From positions 62,001-126,000 of the forward strand of contig CAXHJY010000114.1 in NCBI GenBank assembly GCA_964016885.1: a DNA stretch of 64,000 nucleotides, read 5' to 3'. This DNA is from Eledone cirrhosa. Lineage: Eukaryota. The notes under the pieces were generated by a model. The model made no database searches. It was not told the DNA's origin and saw only the letters and a list, made by a program, of their open reading frames with translations. Shown one piece after another: positions 40,432 through 55,041 of this stretch; the stretch's first letter is position 1; every line of letters starts with the position of its first letter. The position numbers and the translations under genes are program-made.

Positions 40432-42616
40432 ATATAATTAACCCATGTCTGGTATAAATATTTATATAGCAAGCAAATCCAAAACAATTTTGAAATATTT
40501 TGGTTCAAATACGAATGAATAATCAGCGATGTATTAGCTCAGGCAAATTTTTCCGCCCATTAGTCTATCAGTTTAGGCCATTAATCTTACATGACAGGAA
40601 AAGAGCTTCGGAAATAGATACAAGGTAATTTTGTATGACAACAATGAGGAATTACACAAACGGATTACAAATTCAACAAGCATTTGTTACCTCTGTGGAT
40701 TAGCAAATATTTACACGTGTCGATCTGTGTGAGTGAATGGATTATGTTAGTAACTCAGATGTTTTTCTACCCTTTCAAAGCTATAGGTCCTTTGCACATT
40801 CATTCCTTCATTTATTCATTGCACATCAGATAATCATGTTAATAAATTATAGCTGTCTGGGGACAGAAATATTTTCATAGAGATGCCATTGACAAAAAAA
40901 TGGCGAAGAGCAACTGACCAACTATTTTGAGAGATAAAATGGCTAATGTTTATTATTAAAGTAGACAGGCATAAAGATATATTTTAGTTTGGAGAGAAAA
41001 ATACACTAAATATATGAAATGGAAGAAGAAACAGGACGAAAGTACAGCTTGAAAAATACACTTTTTCTTTCTGTGTTGGATTTCCGTCGGTACCGACGAC
41101 GAATGTTTTAATATTTCGAACAACGAAACAACTTCTTCGTGAAATTAACGTGTAAGCGATTGAGCATTCTACAGATACATACAACCTTAATGTATTTCCC
41201 AGGGAGATTCAGCGTGACACTGACTGTCTCTGAATTATTCGTGCAACTCATTTTTAGCAGCTGAATTGACTGGAGCAACGTGAAATAAAGTATCTTGCTC
41301 AAGACTATAATGCGCCACCGGGAATCGGACTCACACTCTTATGATTGTGAGCAGAATACTCTAACCACTAAGTGATGCTCTCTTACTTTCTTCCTATAGT
41401 GGTACCCAGAAAGTATATATATATATATGTAGATGCTTTATACTACTATACGTCTTTTGTTTCCGTCTTTTAAACAAGTAAAGTAATTGAGCAATAAAAT
41501 CTGTAGATAGGAAGTTTAAAGTGAAAAATAGTGTTCTATATTGTACAACTGATATTTTATATCATCTTCACAATCTATCTTGATATATAAAAACATGAAA
41601 TTTATGTATAAACACGAAATAAAAAAGCAGGCGTCAGTACCTCTTTAGTGGGAGAGTAAAGAATATGAGGTTTCGGATGGCACCAACACTTAACTCCTGA
41701 TAAAGTCGTAGAAGCGCCGTTGTGTCTTGGGCTTTTAAATCTGGTGGAGTCCATCCCTCTCTTGGTTAGAACACAGCCGATTTCTTGAAAGAGGGGGAGA
41801 GGGAGTGAGAAGAGGGAAAGAGAGAAGGGAGAGAGAGATGATAGTTCATCCCTGTCCTGGTCTGAACACAGCCAATTTCTTGAAAGAGGGGCGAGGGAGA
41901 AAGAAGAGGGAAAGAGAAAGGGGAGAGAGAGATAGGAGGGAGAGATAGGGGAGAAAGGAAGGAGAGAGAGAGAGAGAGAGGGATAGAGAAAGAGAGAGAA
42001 AAATCTACCCAGTGTAAGACTGTATTTATTGACCTCTAAAGAATAAAAGTAAAAAGATGACATCGGTGAGATTAGAATTAAGAGCGCAGAGAACTGGAAT
42101 GAATATTGCAAAGTATTCTATCAAACGATCTGACATGTTAGGTAGTTCAGAGTACAAAAAACCGTATCCTTTATAACACAGTTTATATGTTTATGTCATC
42201 TTCAGAATCTACATAAGTGAGTAAACTATTTGAAATCTATGGATAAAAACGAAATAAGAAAAACTTGTGATGGCATCTTCTTACTGAGTGGGCGAGACTG
42301 AACTGACACAATATTTAGAATAAACTCAGAAACTATATGCAACCGGAATATTTCATTACATAACCAAATTATCCACCTGTTCTTGTATATTTGCTTGATA
42401 AATTTGTTTTAACATATAGATATCCGGGAGCTATAAATAAGAATTTTATGTGTGGATATATTATTAAATTGGATACAACAACGAAGACATAATACGTTTC
42501 TCCGTGTTATGTCTTCGTTGTAGCATCGAATTTAATAATATATTAAAATTATATATAAAACACTCGTCCCATGGACTGAGTGTTCTACACCTTGGATATC
42601 TTTACCAAAACGTTAC

Positions 42617-42652
<36 letters not shown>

Positions 42653-42739
42653 AAGGAATTGTGGTAAGGAACCAGATGGACCATAACGCACCAGAGTACT
42701 CAATACTTAGGGTAGTAGAGTGGGAAATAGGAAAAAGTA

Positions 42740-43324
42740 TGAACCGGCCGCTAGTGAAAGCGGGAATATTACAGACGTGTTGATGGCTTTGCTGCTAAAA
42801 AAATAGCAGTAAGTAACAACGAATTTTTTCTCTACATAGATTGGAGAATATATAAAAATATATATTCTCCAATCTATGTAGGGAAAAAATTCGTTGTTGC
42901 TTACTGCTATTTTTTTAGCAGCAAAGCCATCAACACGTCTGTAATATTCCCGATTTCACTAGCGGCCGGTTCACGTGTGGGTCACTTTAACGGCCATAGC
43001 TCATACGAACTGGTAGTTGGCATTATATTTGCAGACCGTGGGACTTGAGTCCTATAGGAAGGAAATAGCTATCTGATGAAATTTACTTTCCGTTGGAAAT
43101 TCTCTGAATTTCTAATCTTTTGTAAATGGAAACCGCCGGTAATAGCATTATGAACAGGTAGATATTTAAATCATTTTTTAAATTTATTTAAAGGATTATT
43201 TAATGTTCAGCTCATCAATTTTTATAGTTCTGGTATCTCGAATTAGTACCATAGAACAACAATTATATTATAGACACCCTATATATCTCTATGGGTACTT
43301 AGAACTCAGTGAGATATTTACCTC

Positions 43325-43328
<4 letters not shown>
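42740..43328 (+). mobile_element. PLE-derived element: ~113-bp-arm fold-back, hammerhead and tail ending in (TA)n
   Basis: Palindrome 42740-42973, HHR at 43068-43146, tail to (TA)n at ~43329. Confidence 0.75.
43068..43146 (+). ncRNA. Type I hammerhead ribozyme
   Basis: gctat-CTGATGA-a-atttac...gtaaat-g-GAAA-c-cgccg-GTA-atagc: perfect 5-bp stem I, 6-bp stem II, GUA triplet. Confidence 0.75.
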
Positions 43329-43402
<74 letters not shown>

Positions 43403-43413
43403 ATTCAAAGGGG

Positions 43414-43438
<25 letters not shown>

Positions 43439-43448
<10 letters not shown>

Positions 43449-43777
43449 AGTAACAGATACATATATATGAGTTTGGCTACCTTTCACGGTGTGGCTCAAT
43501 GAAGAATTAATTAAGCAAATAATCATTAATCAGAGCTATATATAAAATTGCAAGTTTGAAGAACTATTATATATTTTATCTAATAGTTCTTCAAACTTGC
43601 AATTTTATATATAGCTCTGATTAAGGATTATTTGCTTAATTAATTCTTCTAGTTCTTCAAACTTGCAATTTTATATATAGCTCTGATTAATGATTATTTG
43701 CTTAATTAATTCTTCATTGAGCCACACCGTGAAAGGTAGCCAAACTCATATATATGTATCTGTGACTATGTCTAATT
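43439..43777. repeat. Fold-back palindrome (~130-bp arms) with a ~66-bp tandem duplication in the right arm
   Basis: Left arm 43439-43570; tagttcttcaaacttgc...aattcttc occurs twice in the right arm. Confidence 0.88.
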
Positions 43778-43971
43778 ATATATATATACTCCCGTAAAGT
43801 TGAGTAAAACTTTAGGCAGTATCCGGCTGCGCTTTCTAGCAACCAGCCTACTCGCCGACAGGCACCAATCACAAATCTTCTGCCTTGACCGCTGACCACG
43901 TGATGGTTCTTAGCCATGTTGAATTCATTTCTGGCGTGGATCATGGTAGAAAACTTAGTCCAGACTGGGGT

Positions 43972-44056
43972 GTCTCCTGATAAGTTCGAAGCCTCATGGA
44001 TAGATCCAAGATCGGGTATATCCAAAAAATGAAACGAAACCACTGGTGGTCGGGAC
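43972..44056 (+). ncRNA. Type I hammerhead ribozyme with a G8->A core change
   Basis: gtctc-CTGATAA-gtt...aac-GAAA-ccac-tg-gtgg-TC-gggac: stems I-III pair; GUC triplet. Confidence 0.68.
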
Positions 44057-44349
44057 TAGAAGAATTTTGGTAAAGTTTATGTGCATTTTTTCTTCAAACT
44101 TCTATTTTGTACCTAACTCCGTGTAGTTAATTATTTGTCTAGTGAATTTCTACAGGCTAAAAGAAATAACTAGATAAATTTTATATGGTTGTACATCGCG
44201 GAAGATAGTCTGTATCATTTGTCTATTATTTCTTCATAGTTACATTTTAAACTTATAGCCTCGTTTAAATGATTTTTTATGTGGTTGATTTATACGGACT
44301 AGGAGAGAAAATACTGTATATATAAAATATATAAAATACTGTATATATA

Positions 44350-46224
<1,875 letters not shown>

Positions 46225-46447
46225 TGATGAGGGACTATTTTTATAATATGTAACCCATGTGCAACCAAGCAGTTTTCCTCTTTCTTCCCATGTTTTATAT
46301 ATATATATATATATATATTCACACGTATAAATATATGCGCGCGCACATACGTCAATCTAACTTTACACACATCTATGTATCTCTCTCTCTCTCTCTCATG
46401 CACACACGCATATATAAGTATATACAAATAAATAAACATACATACAT

Positions 46448-46535
<88 letters not shown>

Positions 46536-47079
46536 CATGTGTGTGTGTGTGTGTGTATATACATGTGTGTGTGTGTGTGTGTGTGTATATACATGTGTGT
46601 GTGTGTGTGTGTGTATATGTAAGGTTTAGATAGATATCCTGTAGAGCATACGCAAAGGAATAATTGTAATACAACATCGCAGACAGAGGCCTAATGTTAT
46701 GAAACCAACGTAATTATTGTATCGACGGATTATCATATGAAAAACGTTAAAGTACTCACAATTTCATCAATTGAAACAACGAGTATTCTCCTGGTTTAGC
46801 ACACAAAAATCCTCCGGACTACAAAAATCCACATCTAAGCTGTAGAGTACTGTTTCAAATTCCATGAGAATTCGCTGGTGATTGATTAATAATAAATCCA
46901 TAACCAACAAGTTCCGGACGAAGGAATCATCATCAGCCAGCAGTCCTACATGTACATACAACTTTGTCGTGAGTAAATTTCTGTGAAGCATGATTTAATT
47001 ACGGCTGCCACGACTCAAAAGTGTTTCTGAGTTTGTTTCACCTGTTGGTTCTTGTAACTAAGTGCGTTGGTGAGATAAC

Positions 47080-47400
47080 AGACTGGAACGAACTTCCGCC
47101 GCTTTCGACGATTAAATTTCCAGTTATTTAATCAACAGAACAACCTGATCATGAAATTAATATGTATGTAGTTGAGCATTCCAAAGACACGTGTACCTAG
47201 AACCTAATTGTCAGAGAGATTCAGCGTGACTGCGTAACAAGGCTAAACGTTTGAACTACAGGTAAAGTCCACGTGGTGAGCTTCCAAACAGTTTCTGTCA
47301 ACTCAATTTCACTCACGAGGCATGGGTCGATCTAAAGTTATATTGAATGAGACTTGCTAAGGATGCGATGTCGTATGATCGAACCCAAAATCTCATATTA
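47080..47400 (-). mobile_element. SINE family B copy
   Basis: Reverse complement of the family B body. Confidence 0.6.
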
Positions 47401-48084
47401 CATCAACGATAGAAGACTACCCTGTAAATGTTGGTGCCAGAAATGGAAAATTCTCGAACACTATTATTAGGAAGACTTCAACTACAGATTTTTGTTACTG
47501 ATAAATGGGGTTTTTAACTCGAAATATTAGATTATGAAAGACGTTGTCTGCTGGTTTAACATTTTAAAACTAATTCGTATATTCTTCTGGCTTATATAAA
47601 GCGTCGTGAAACTGTGAATGAGCCGAAAAAGAACAAAATAGAAAAATACAGGAAAAGTATAAACAAAAATGATGAAAAGGAAATGGACGATAAAAAAAGG
47701 CCATTAATAAAAAGAAAAGAAGAAACAAAACAATAACAACAACTATAAGAAGAGAAGAACAAAAACAGTAACTAATGAAATGATAGGAAGAAGAAAAAAG
47801 AACAATAACAAAAGAAAAGAAATCCTATAGAGTGTAAACATAGATTGAACATTATTTCTCTTAGTGTAAAGCTAATCCCTTTAAGTCTAGATATCTCATT
47901 AGTTTACCACTTTCAGTCACTTCTAAGTATATAATTCCATTAAAAATATACTTCAAGATAATCTCGGCTTATTGGACATCCACATAGGCCATTATTATTC
48001 TTTTCTGGTGACGTATTTTACTCAGTGTTTATATGGTCCGTGAATAACATTGCAAATACGGATATGTGTATGTATATATGTAGG

Positions 48085-48145
<61 letters not shown>

Positions 48146-48161
48146 TAAATAGATAAACAAA

Positions 48162-48218
<57 letters not shown>

Positions 48219-48425
48219 AAGATGTTTCCATAGTTAGGCAGCGAGTTCGCGGTAATTCCTATGTAGGTTATATTTGGAGCATAACTTATATAGAAATTAC
48301 CGCGAACTCCCTGCCTAACTATGGAAACATCTTGTTGAATTAAACAAGGCCGTACGCTAAAACTATTCACGACGCAGAGTAATCACAACCTCTAACTGGA
48401 TTACCTATAATGATAACTTGTTACC

Positions 48426-48428
<3 letters not shown>
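48219..48428 (+). mobile_element. Fold-back element (~54-bp arms) plus tail in (TA)n
   Basis: Palindrome 48219-48333; GAAAC..cttgtt/aacaag..GTA resembles an HHR 3' half. Confidence 0.65.
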
Positions 48429-48477
<49 letters not shown>

Positions 48478-48545
48478 ACACACACACACACACATATATA
48501 CATACATATATATATATATGCACATATATATACTTATATACACAC

Positions 48546-48624
<79 letters not shown>

Positions 48625-48813
48625 TATATACACATATATATATATATACACACACATATATATATACATATATTTATTTTTTGTTTATTTATTTATTCAT
48701 ATACATACATATACCTACATATATGCATACGTATATCCGTATATATGTATGTGTATGAATATATATATATACATATATACATATATATATACACATAGAT
48801 ATATACATACACG

Positions 48814-48867
<54 letters not shown>

Positions 48868-48880
48868 TACATCTATATAC

Positions 48881-48978
<98 letters not shown>

Positions 48979-49060
48979 GTGTATATATGTATATGTATAT
49001 ATAAGTATATATATATGCATATATATATATATATGTATATATATATATGTATATATATAT
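48428..49060. repeat. Compound (TA)n/(CA)n microsatellite
   Basis: Read directly. Confidence 0.95.
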
Positions 49061-49174
49061 TTATTAAAATAACAGATTAAAGTTTAAGCAAAGAATCGCT
49101 GCTTTCACCCTTAACGGGATCTTCTGAAGCTAACAAAGTCAATCTGTGACCGCAGAAGTGAATATTTAAAAAAA

Positions 49175-49510
49175 CGTTACAACCGGAGGAGGACAGGAAG
49201 ACGATACGTTGGTTCGTGGAAACGTTCCCTGGCAAAGAACGGGAAAAAACGAATATAATACGACAGGTTTGCGGTCGTTCCCCTGGCAGTGGAAACTTCT
49301 GGTGTCCTCGGCCCCAGGGCTACCTCCTTACTCACCACCATAGGCACTGAGCTGACCAGTCGTAGGTGTGAGCCTTGCGAGTTGGAGTGGCTTTTCCAGC
49401 GCGTCTCCCTTGCCGTCCTCCGGGGAAACGCCTTCTCCATTCTGTCCGCCGAGGCTGTAGGTGGGCCCCATCGCGTATCATTACATTAGTTAAATACCAT
49501 ACTTTCATCT

Positions 49511-49512
<2 letters not shown>
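49175..49512 (+). mobile_element. CRE-clade retrotransposon 3' fragment
   Basis: FAVVPLAVETSGVLGPRATSLLTTIG..EWLFQRVSLAVLRGNAFSIL; followed by (TA)n. Confidence 0.82.
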
Positions 49513-49560
<48 letters not shown>

Positions 49561-50251
49561 TATATTGTGTGCTTATTCAGTTGATGCTTGGCAGTTTCTG
49601 TGCTTGATTATACGTCATATGTGGAGCATGGAGAACAATTGCACGCAAAGACAAAACCACGTAAATGGTATAATAGAAATCGTAGACTAAAATTCTAACT
49701 AGGAGACCGAATGATTCTCGGCTTCAGAGTTAAGAATAAAGTAAATAAAATACAGAGGTAATTGAAATTAAATAAATACATATACTCATCCATGATCGTA
49801 CATACACAAGTAACGCGAAAACACTCGCTATAGGTATACAAATACACGCACATATAAATATGTGTGTGTGTGTGTGCGTGTATACAAATAATTAAATAAA
49901 CGTATATAAATAAATAAATACGTATATAACAAACGCACGCACATACCCACATGTAAATACACAAAAGTTCGGAGACGTACGTCAACCAAAACACGAAGTA
50001 TACATATACACGCACCCTACATACGTATGAACCCGCATACTCACACAGACGCAAAACTCACGTATACACATAACCAAAAGCATATGTACCAGAATATATA
50101 AAAATATACGCCATAACATATACAATCAAATATACGTACGAGAATGTATACGTACCTTCACAAAACATACAGGTAATACATACTTACCTTATCGAGCCCT
50201 CTTTGGATTTTAGTCTTCAAATTTATTATTATTACTATATATATATATATA

Positions 50252-50442
50252 GGGCGGTGAATTGGCAGTATCGGTAGAGGGTTGGACGCCATGCTTTGAC
50301 GCATAGAGTTACGGCCCTTGCAATTCTGAGTTCAAATCCCGCCGAGGTTAACTTTGCCTTTCATCCTTATGGGGTCGATAAAATAAAGTACCAGTAATGT
50401 ACTGGATAATTGCTGGCCTTGTGCCAAAAGTAGAAACAATTA
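50252..50442 (+). mobile_element. SINE family A, full length
   Basis: gggcggtgaattggcag...agaaaca; attactatatata duplicated on both sides. Confidence 0.9.
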
Positions 50443-50443
50443 C

Positions 50444-50496
<53 letters not shown>

Positions 50497-50862
50497 CTGG
50501 TGGTAGCTAAGATGCTTCCATAGGCGGTATGCCGGTTGAGCACTCTATGTTCTTACAGAGCAGAGTATGATAGAATAGAAAAGGAAAAATCAGTGATGTA
50601 TCTGAACTCAATTAATTGTGTGTTACAATTGTTTTGCAGGAGGACAGCTCGAGACGCGATCATTGTGTGGATCTGTCTGATTCTGGACCCACAGGTTCGT
50701 CGGACACGTCTAATGATTTCGGATAGACGTGTCCGTCGAACCTGCGGGTCCAGAATCAGACAGATCCACACAATGATCGCGTCTCGAGCTGTCCGCCGAC
50801 GAAACAATTGTAACACACAATAAATTGAGTTCAGATGCATCACTGATTTTTTCCTTTTCTAT

Positions 50863-50868
<6 letters not shown>
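50497..50868 (-). mobile_element. Fold-back element with ~143-bp arms plus tail, between microsatellites
   Basis: 50569-50712 pairs with 50724-50868; GAAACAATTGTA (HHR 3' half with palindromic loop) at 50801-50812. Confidence 0.75.
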
Positions 50869-50946
<78 letters not shown>

Positions 50947-53354
50947 CACACACACACACACACACACAGACCCCCCCCCCCACAGTTTCCCTTTACCAAA
51001 TTCCACTCACCAGGTAGTGGTACACCTAGGGCAATGGTATAAACCCCCTCTAAGCTCTAAACCACATGCCTTCACAATGTGGACATATTATATCAAACCA
51101 GTAGAACCTCCTTAACCACAAAACCACGTCTCTTCAAGAAGTGGATATTACGTACCATATCAAACCAGTAGTTTATTATATAGGGGTACTATGTACGTTT
51201 CGGCGGTGAATTGGCGGATTAAATGCCTCACTATTTATTCCGGCTTTGAGTTTGGATCTTACTGAGTTTGGATCTCACTTCGTCCTTCCAGAGTCGATAA
51301 ATAAAATACTAGTATTGTTGTCAATTCTCACTCTGCCTTACACATAAGCACACTCAAAGAAATTGGCTGTGTTCCGTCTAGGAGAGAGTTGGCTTCCTCC
51401 AGCAGGAGTAAAGCGCTCTTAGCTTTCCTTTCTACTATGTATGTTAGATCTCCACATCAGTTATTTATTATTTTATATAGCTATTTTACAGCTTCTAAAT
51501 GTTCATATAATAAACATGGCTGAAATTCATGAATAGCAAAATATACTCTGCGGTATTATAGCGATATAAAACATTCATCGTCCATATTGTACGATTTACG
51601 CATTTCACTTTTTAAGAGTCTAATAAGTTATGGTGTCGTTCTTGAATGTTGTAAATATTTATGTTCTAGCGCTCTATTCATAATATATATTTCGTTTAAA
51701 TAGAAAGTAATCATATTGATATATGGAATATAGTTCTCAGAAATTTATTTGCCGCACATTAGGACATACCCTATGAATACGCCCAATTGTATAAGTTTCA
51801 ACTATAAACATGGGTTGTTAAAAACAGGAATGATATATTTACCACCACAACGTACTATGCCGATAAGATGCTTTACATTTAAAGCAGAAAAGTAATGAGC
51901 TATATATATTGTAAGTTTTCTTGTTGAGTCCACTAGGATTTAGAAATCTGATTATTTTTTTCATACATAGAGGTTTATATAATCTAATTCTTGAAAGTAA
52001 AAGTATATGACTGCAGCTGTTACATATTTCTGTCTGCAGTATTATGTTTATTCCTTTCAGAACGTCTCTAAATGTGAGATAAAATTCCACCTGTTTCGAT
52101 GACGAATCTATCAGTTGGTTTGATCTACGGAACAGCCTACTCGGGCAATTAACAATATTTCTCTTACTTCCTTAGCTCTCTGCATATAGGGACTTGCGGG
52201 TGGAGACAGCTGATTTCGAGCTCTGATGCTTCTGCCAATTCACCGATTATAAAAGCATAGTATAGAAGTGGAATTGTATAATGTCTTGTTATATAATTCA
52301 ATTGCTCTCAGATAATACTGCCATTCCTGTTATTTACGAATATAAAGCAGAGATATGTTCTAAGTGATATCCTTTCTACTGTCAATCATATACGAATAAA
52401 CTACCTACGAGATTAGGTAAGGTGCTGCTGTAGGATTTATGTTTACAGTAGATTACGAACAGAATTGAAACACGTTACTTTATGCTAGTAGAGCGTAGAG
52501 TCATTCATAATGTTAACCTTGTCAGTGTCAATGATTACTACGATAATCAAATAGAAATTGTGTTCTGTGTTGTAAGGAAATGAAGGCATATATCGTAGCA
52601 GATATGATATGTTTTGTACACTAGCTTATACGAATGCAAAATAGTAATCCTGGTATTATATCTAAAGAGTATTATTCCAATACGTTGTCGGTATATAGGA
52701 ATAATTTCATTATTTTATATAACATTCATATGTTTTATATAACATTCTTATGTTTCCTTATTTCTTTTCTTAATATTCACGGCGACTTAAAGAAATATTG
52801 AATAGAATGGGCCTCCGTCGGTTTCGACGGCGAGTGTTCCAATTGTTCGATCAGCGGAACAGCCTGCTTATGAAATTAACGGTAAGTGGTTGAGCATTCT
52901 ACAGACACGCGTATCCTTAACGTAATTCTCAAGAATACAATGAGCCGCTCGGTCCGGGAATCGAACTAACTTTACGATTGTAAGCCAAACACGTAAAACT
53001 ATTTAACCACACGTTTTCACTGAGCTAATCGAACTCTGTTTATGAACAATATAGACACAAATAGAATTAAGTGGCTTACTAAATGTTAAAATGTCAACCA
53101 CAATCATCCAGATGTTTCATAGAAGTTCACTAGATAATATTAATCCTATTAAGAAACAACAAGATCCCACGACAGCATTGGCGTTGAAATTCAATCAAAT
53201 ATCAGTTAAGTTTACTGATAACCTAGTGTATAACAGGTAGCAGTTCCAGAAATGACTGACTCCTACTCAACTACTTTCGACAACAGGATCAACTGCAAGC
53301 CATATAAAATATAATGAAACAGAAACAAATTTAATTCAAAATTTCAGATTTAAC

Positions 53355-53461
<107 letters not shown>

Positions 53462-53629
53462 GAGCAGATAGATAGATAGAGATAGAGAAGGAGAGAGAGA
53501 ATGGGATAGAGAAAGAGAGAAAGAGATGGAGAGAAAGAGATAGTGAGATAGAGAGGAAAATGGAGAAATGAATAATTAAAAAGATATGGGGGGATGTGGC
53601 AAGCTCTTTCTCCTTTGGCTGGATGGTAT

Positions 53630-53900
53630 ACCTCAGCTGTGCCTCACGGACAAGACGGCGAAACCATTGCTGCGTAGAACAGCCAGCGATACGTCTGGCA
53701 CTATACATTCCACACCACGGGGCTCCTTCCTTAGATGAGATGCCCCTCTCCTGATTTTACAGAGGAAAATGGCAGCTCGGTGATTGAGGATACCGTAGTT
53801 TTCGATGACAACCAGCATACAATAGAAACAGTCAGCCAAAACTGGTATTTAATTATCTCCCTCTCTTCTGCGTTACAGGTGGCACTTCCTAGGTTTGGGT
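53630..53900 (-). mobile_element. Older CRE-like 3' fragment
   Basis: VIENYGILNHRAAIFLCKI..EPRGVE..VSLAVLRSNGFAVLS aligns by eye to the 49289-49489 peptide. Confidence 0.6.
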
Positions 53901-54679
53901 TCGAAGTGATGAGGTGAACAACCTGTTGTGTGCTATTCAAAATTATTATAAAGCAATCAAAGTTTATTTGAACTCAAGATCGTCTGTGAATGGCTTCATA
54001 CGTTATACACTAACAAATGCTGTCAATAATTTCTTAAACTGTAAAGAAATGCTACTTAGTTTTGTGAAATAAAAACTACAATGAAAAACTTTAGTTTGAA
54101 TGTATAAACAATTTCATGGAATCACAGTCTCACACCAATCAATTGATATATACATCCATAACTAAGGAAAAATGAGTGAACCTTTCATTGAAAACCAAAT
54201 ATGATATTGTCGAAATATACTACAGAGTAAATATCTGATACCCATTAGATCATATGTCTTTCAGATTCCAAAAATCAGACATTTTATATAACATAATTTA
54301 TTATTACTTCTCTTAACACAATATCTCAGGAATGCAGACTACTTTATTCAAAACTAAGTGCTTATCGACTGATATACAAGATAGAAAGAAAAAAAGAACA
54401 ACAGAAACAAAAACAACAAAACAACAAAAACAACTAAAAATAACAACAACAAAATATTTTATCGTACCGATGAAACTAATTTATGTTGAATGGAAAACGA
54501 AAACACTTTTCATATGTTAAAACAGTTCTTGACTATAATCGTTCCCTTGCAATTGGTATTTCAATGTATTTATATCTGAAAACTTATGTAATAGAAATCG
54601 AGCTGAATATTGATTCGCTATCTGAAATTTCCATACTCTAAGATCGAAATGGTTTTTTTTTACACGCCGAATGTTCATA

Positions 54680-54902
<223 letters not shown>

Positions 54903-54951
54903 CACAAGCTCAACCATATTCTTTATCTTCGTTAGTTTCACACTGTTAACA

Positions 54952-55000
<49 letters not shown>

Positions 55001-55041
55001 GTCTACTTATTTTCTATCTATCTATCTATCTATCTATCTAT

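Noticed and set aside
49095-49130. Minus-strand CAGAAGA-t-ccc-gttaa-ggg-t-GAAA hammerhead candidate
   Set aside because: Stem II is good but the core is mutated and I could not find stem I or III, so it is not called.
50536-50843. Mirror-image ORFs on both strands
   Set aside because: They are a consequence of the palindrome, not evidence of coding.
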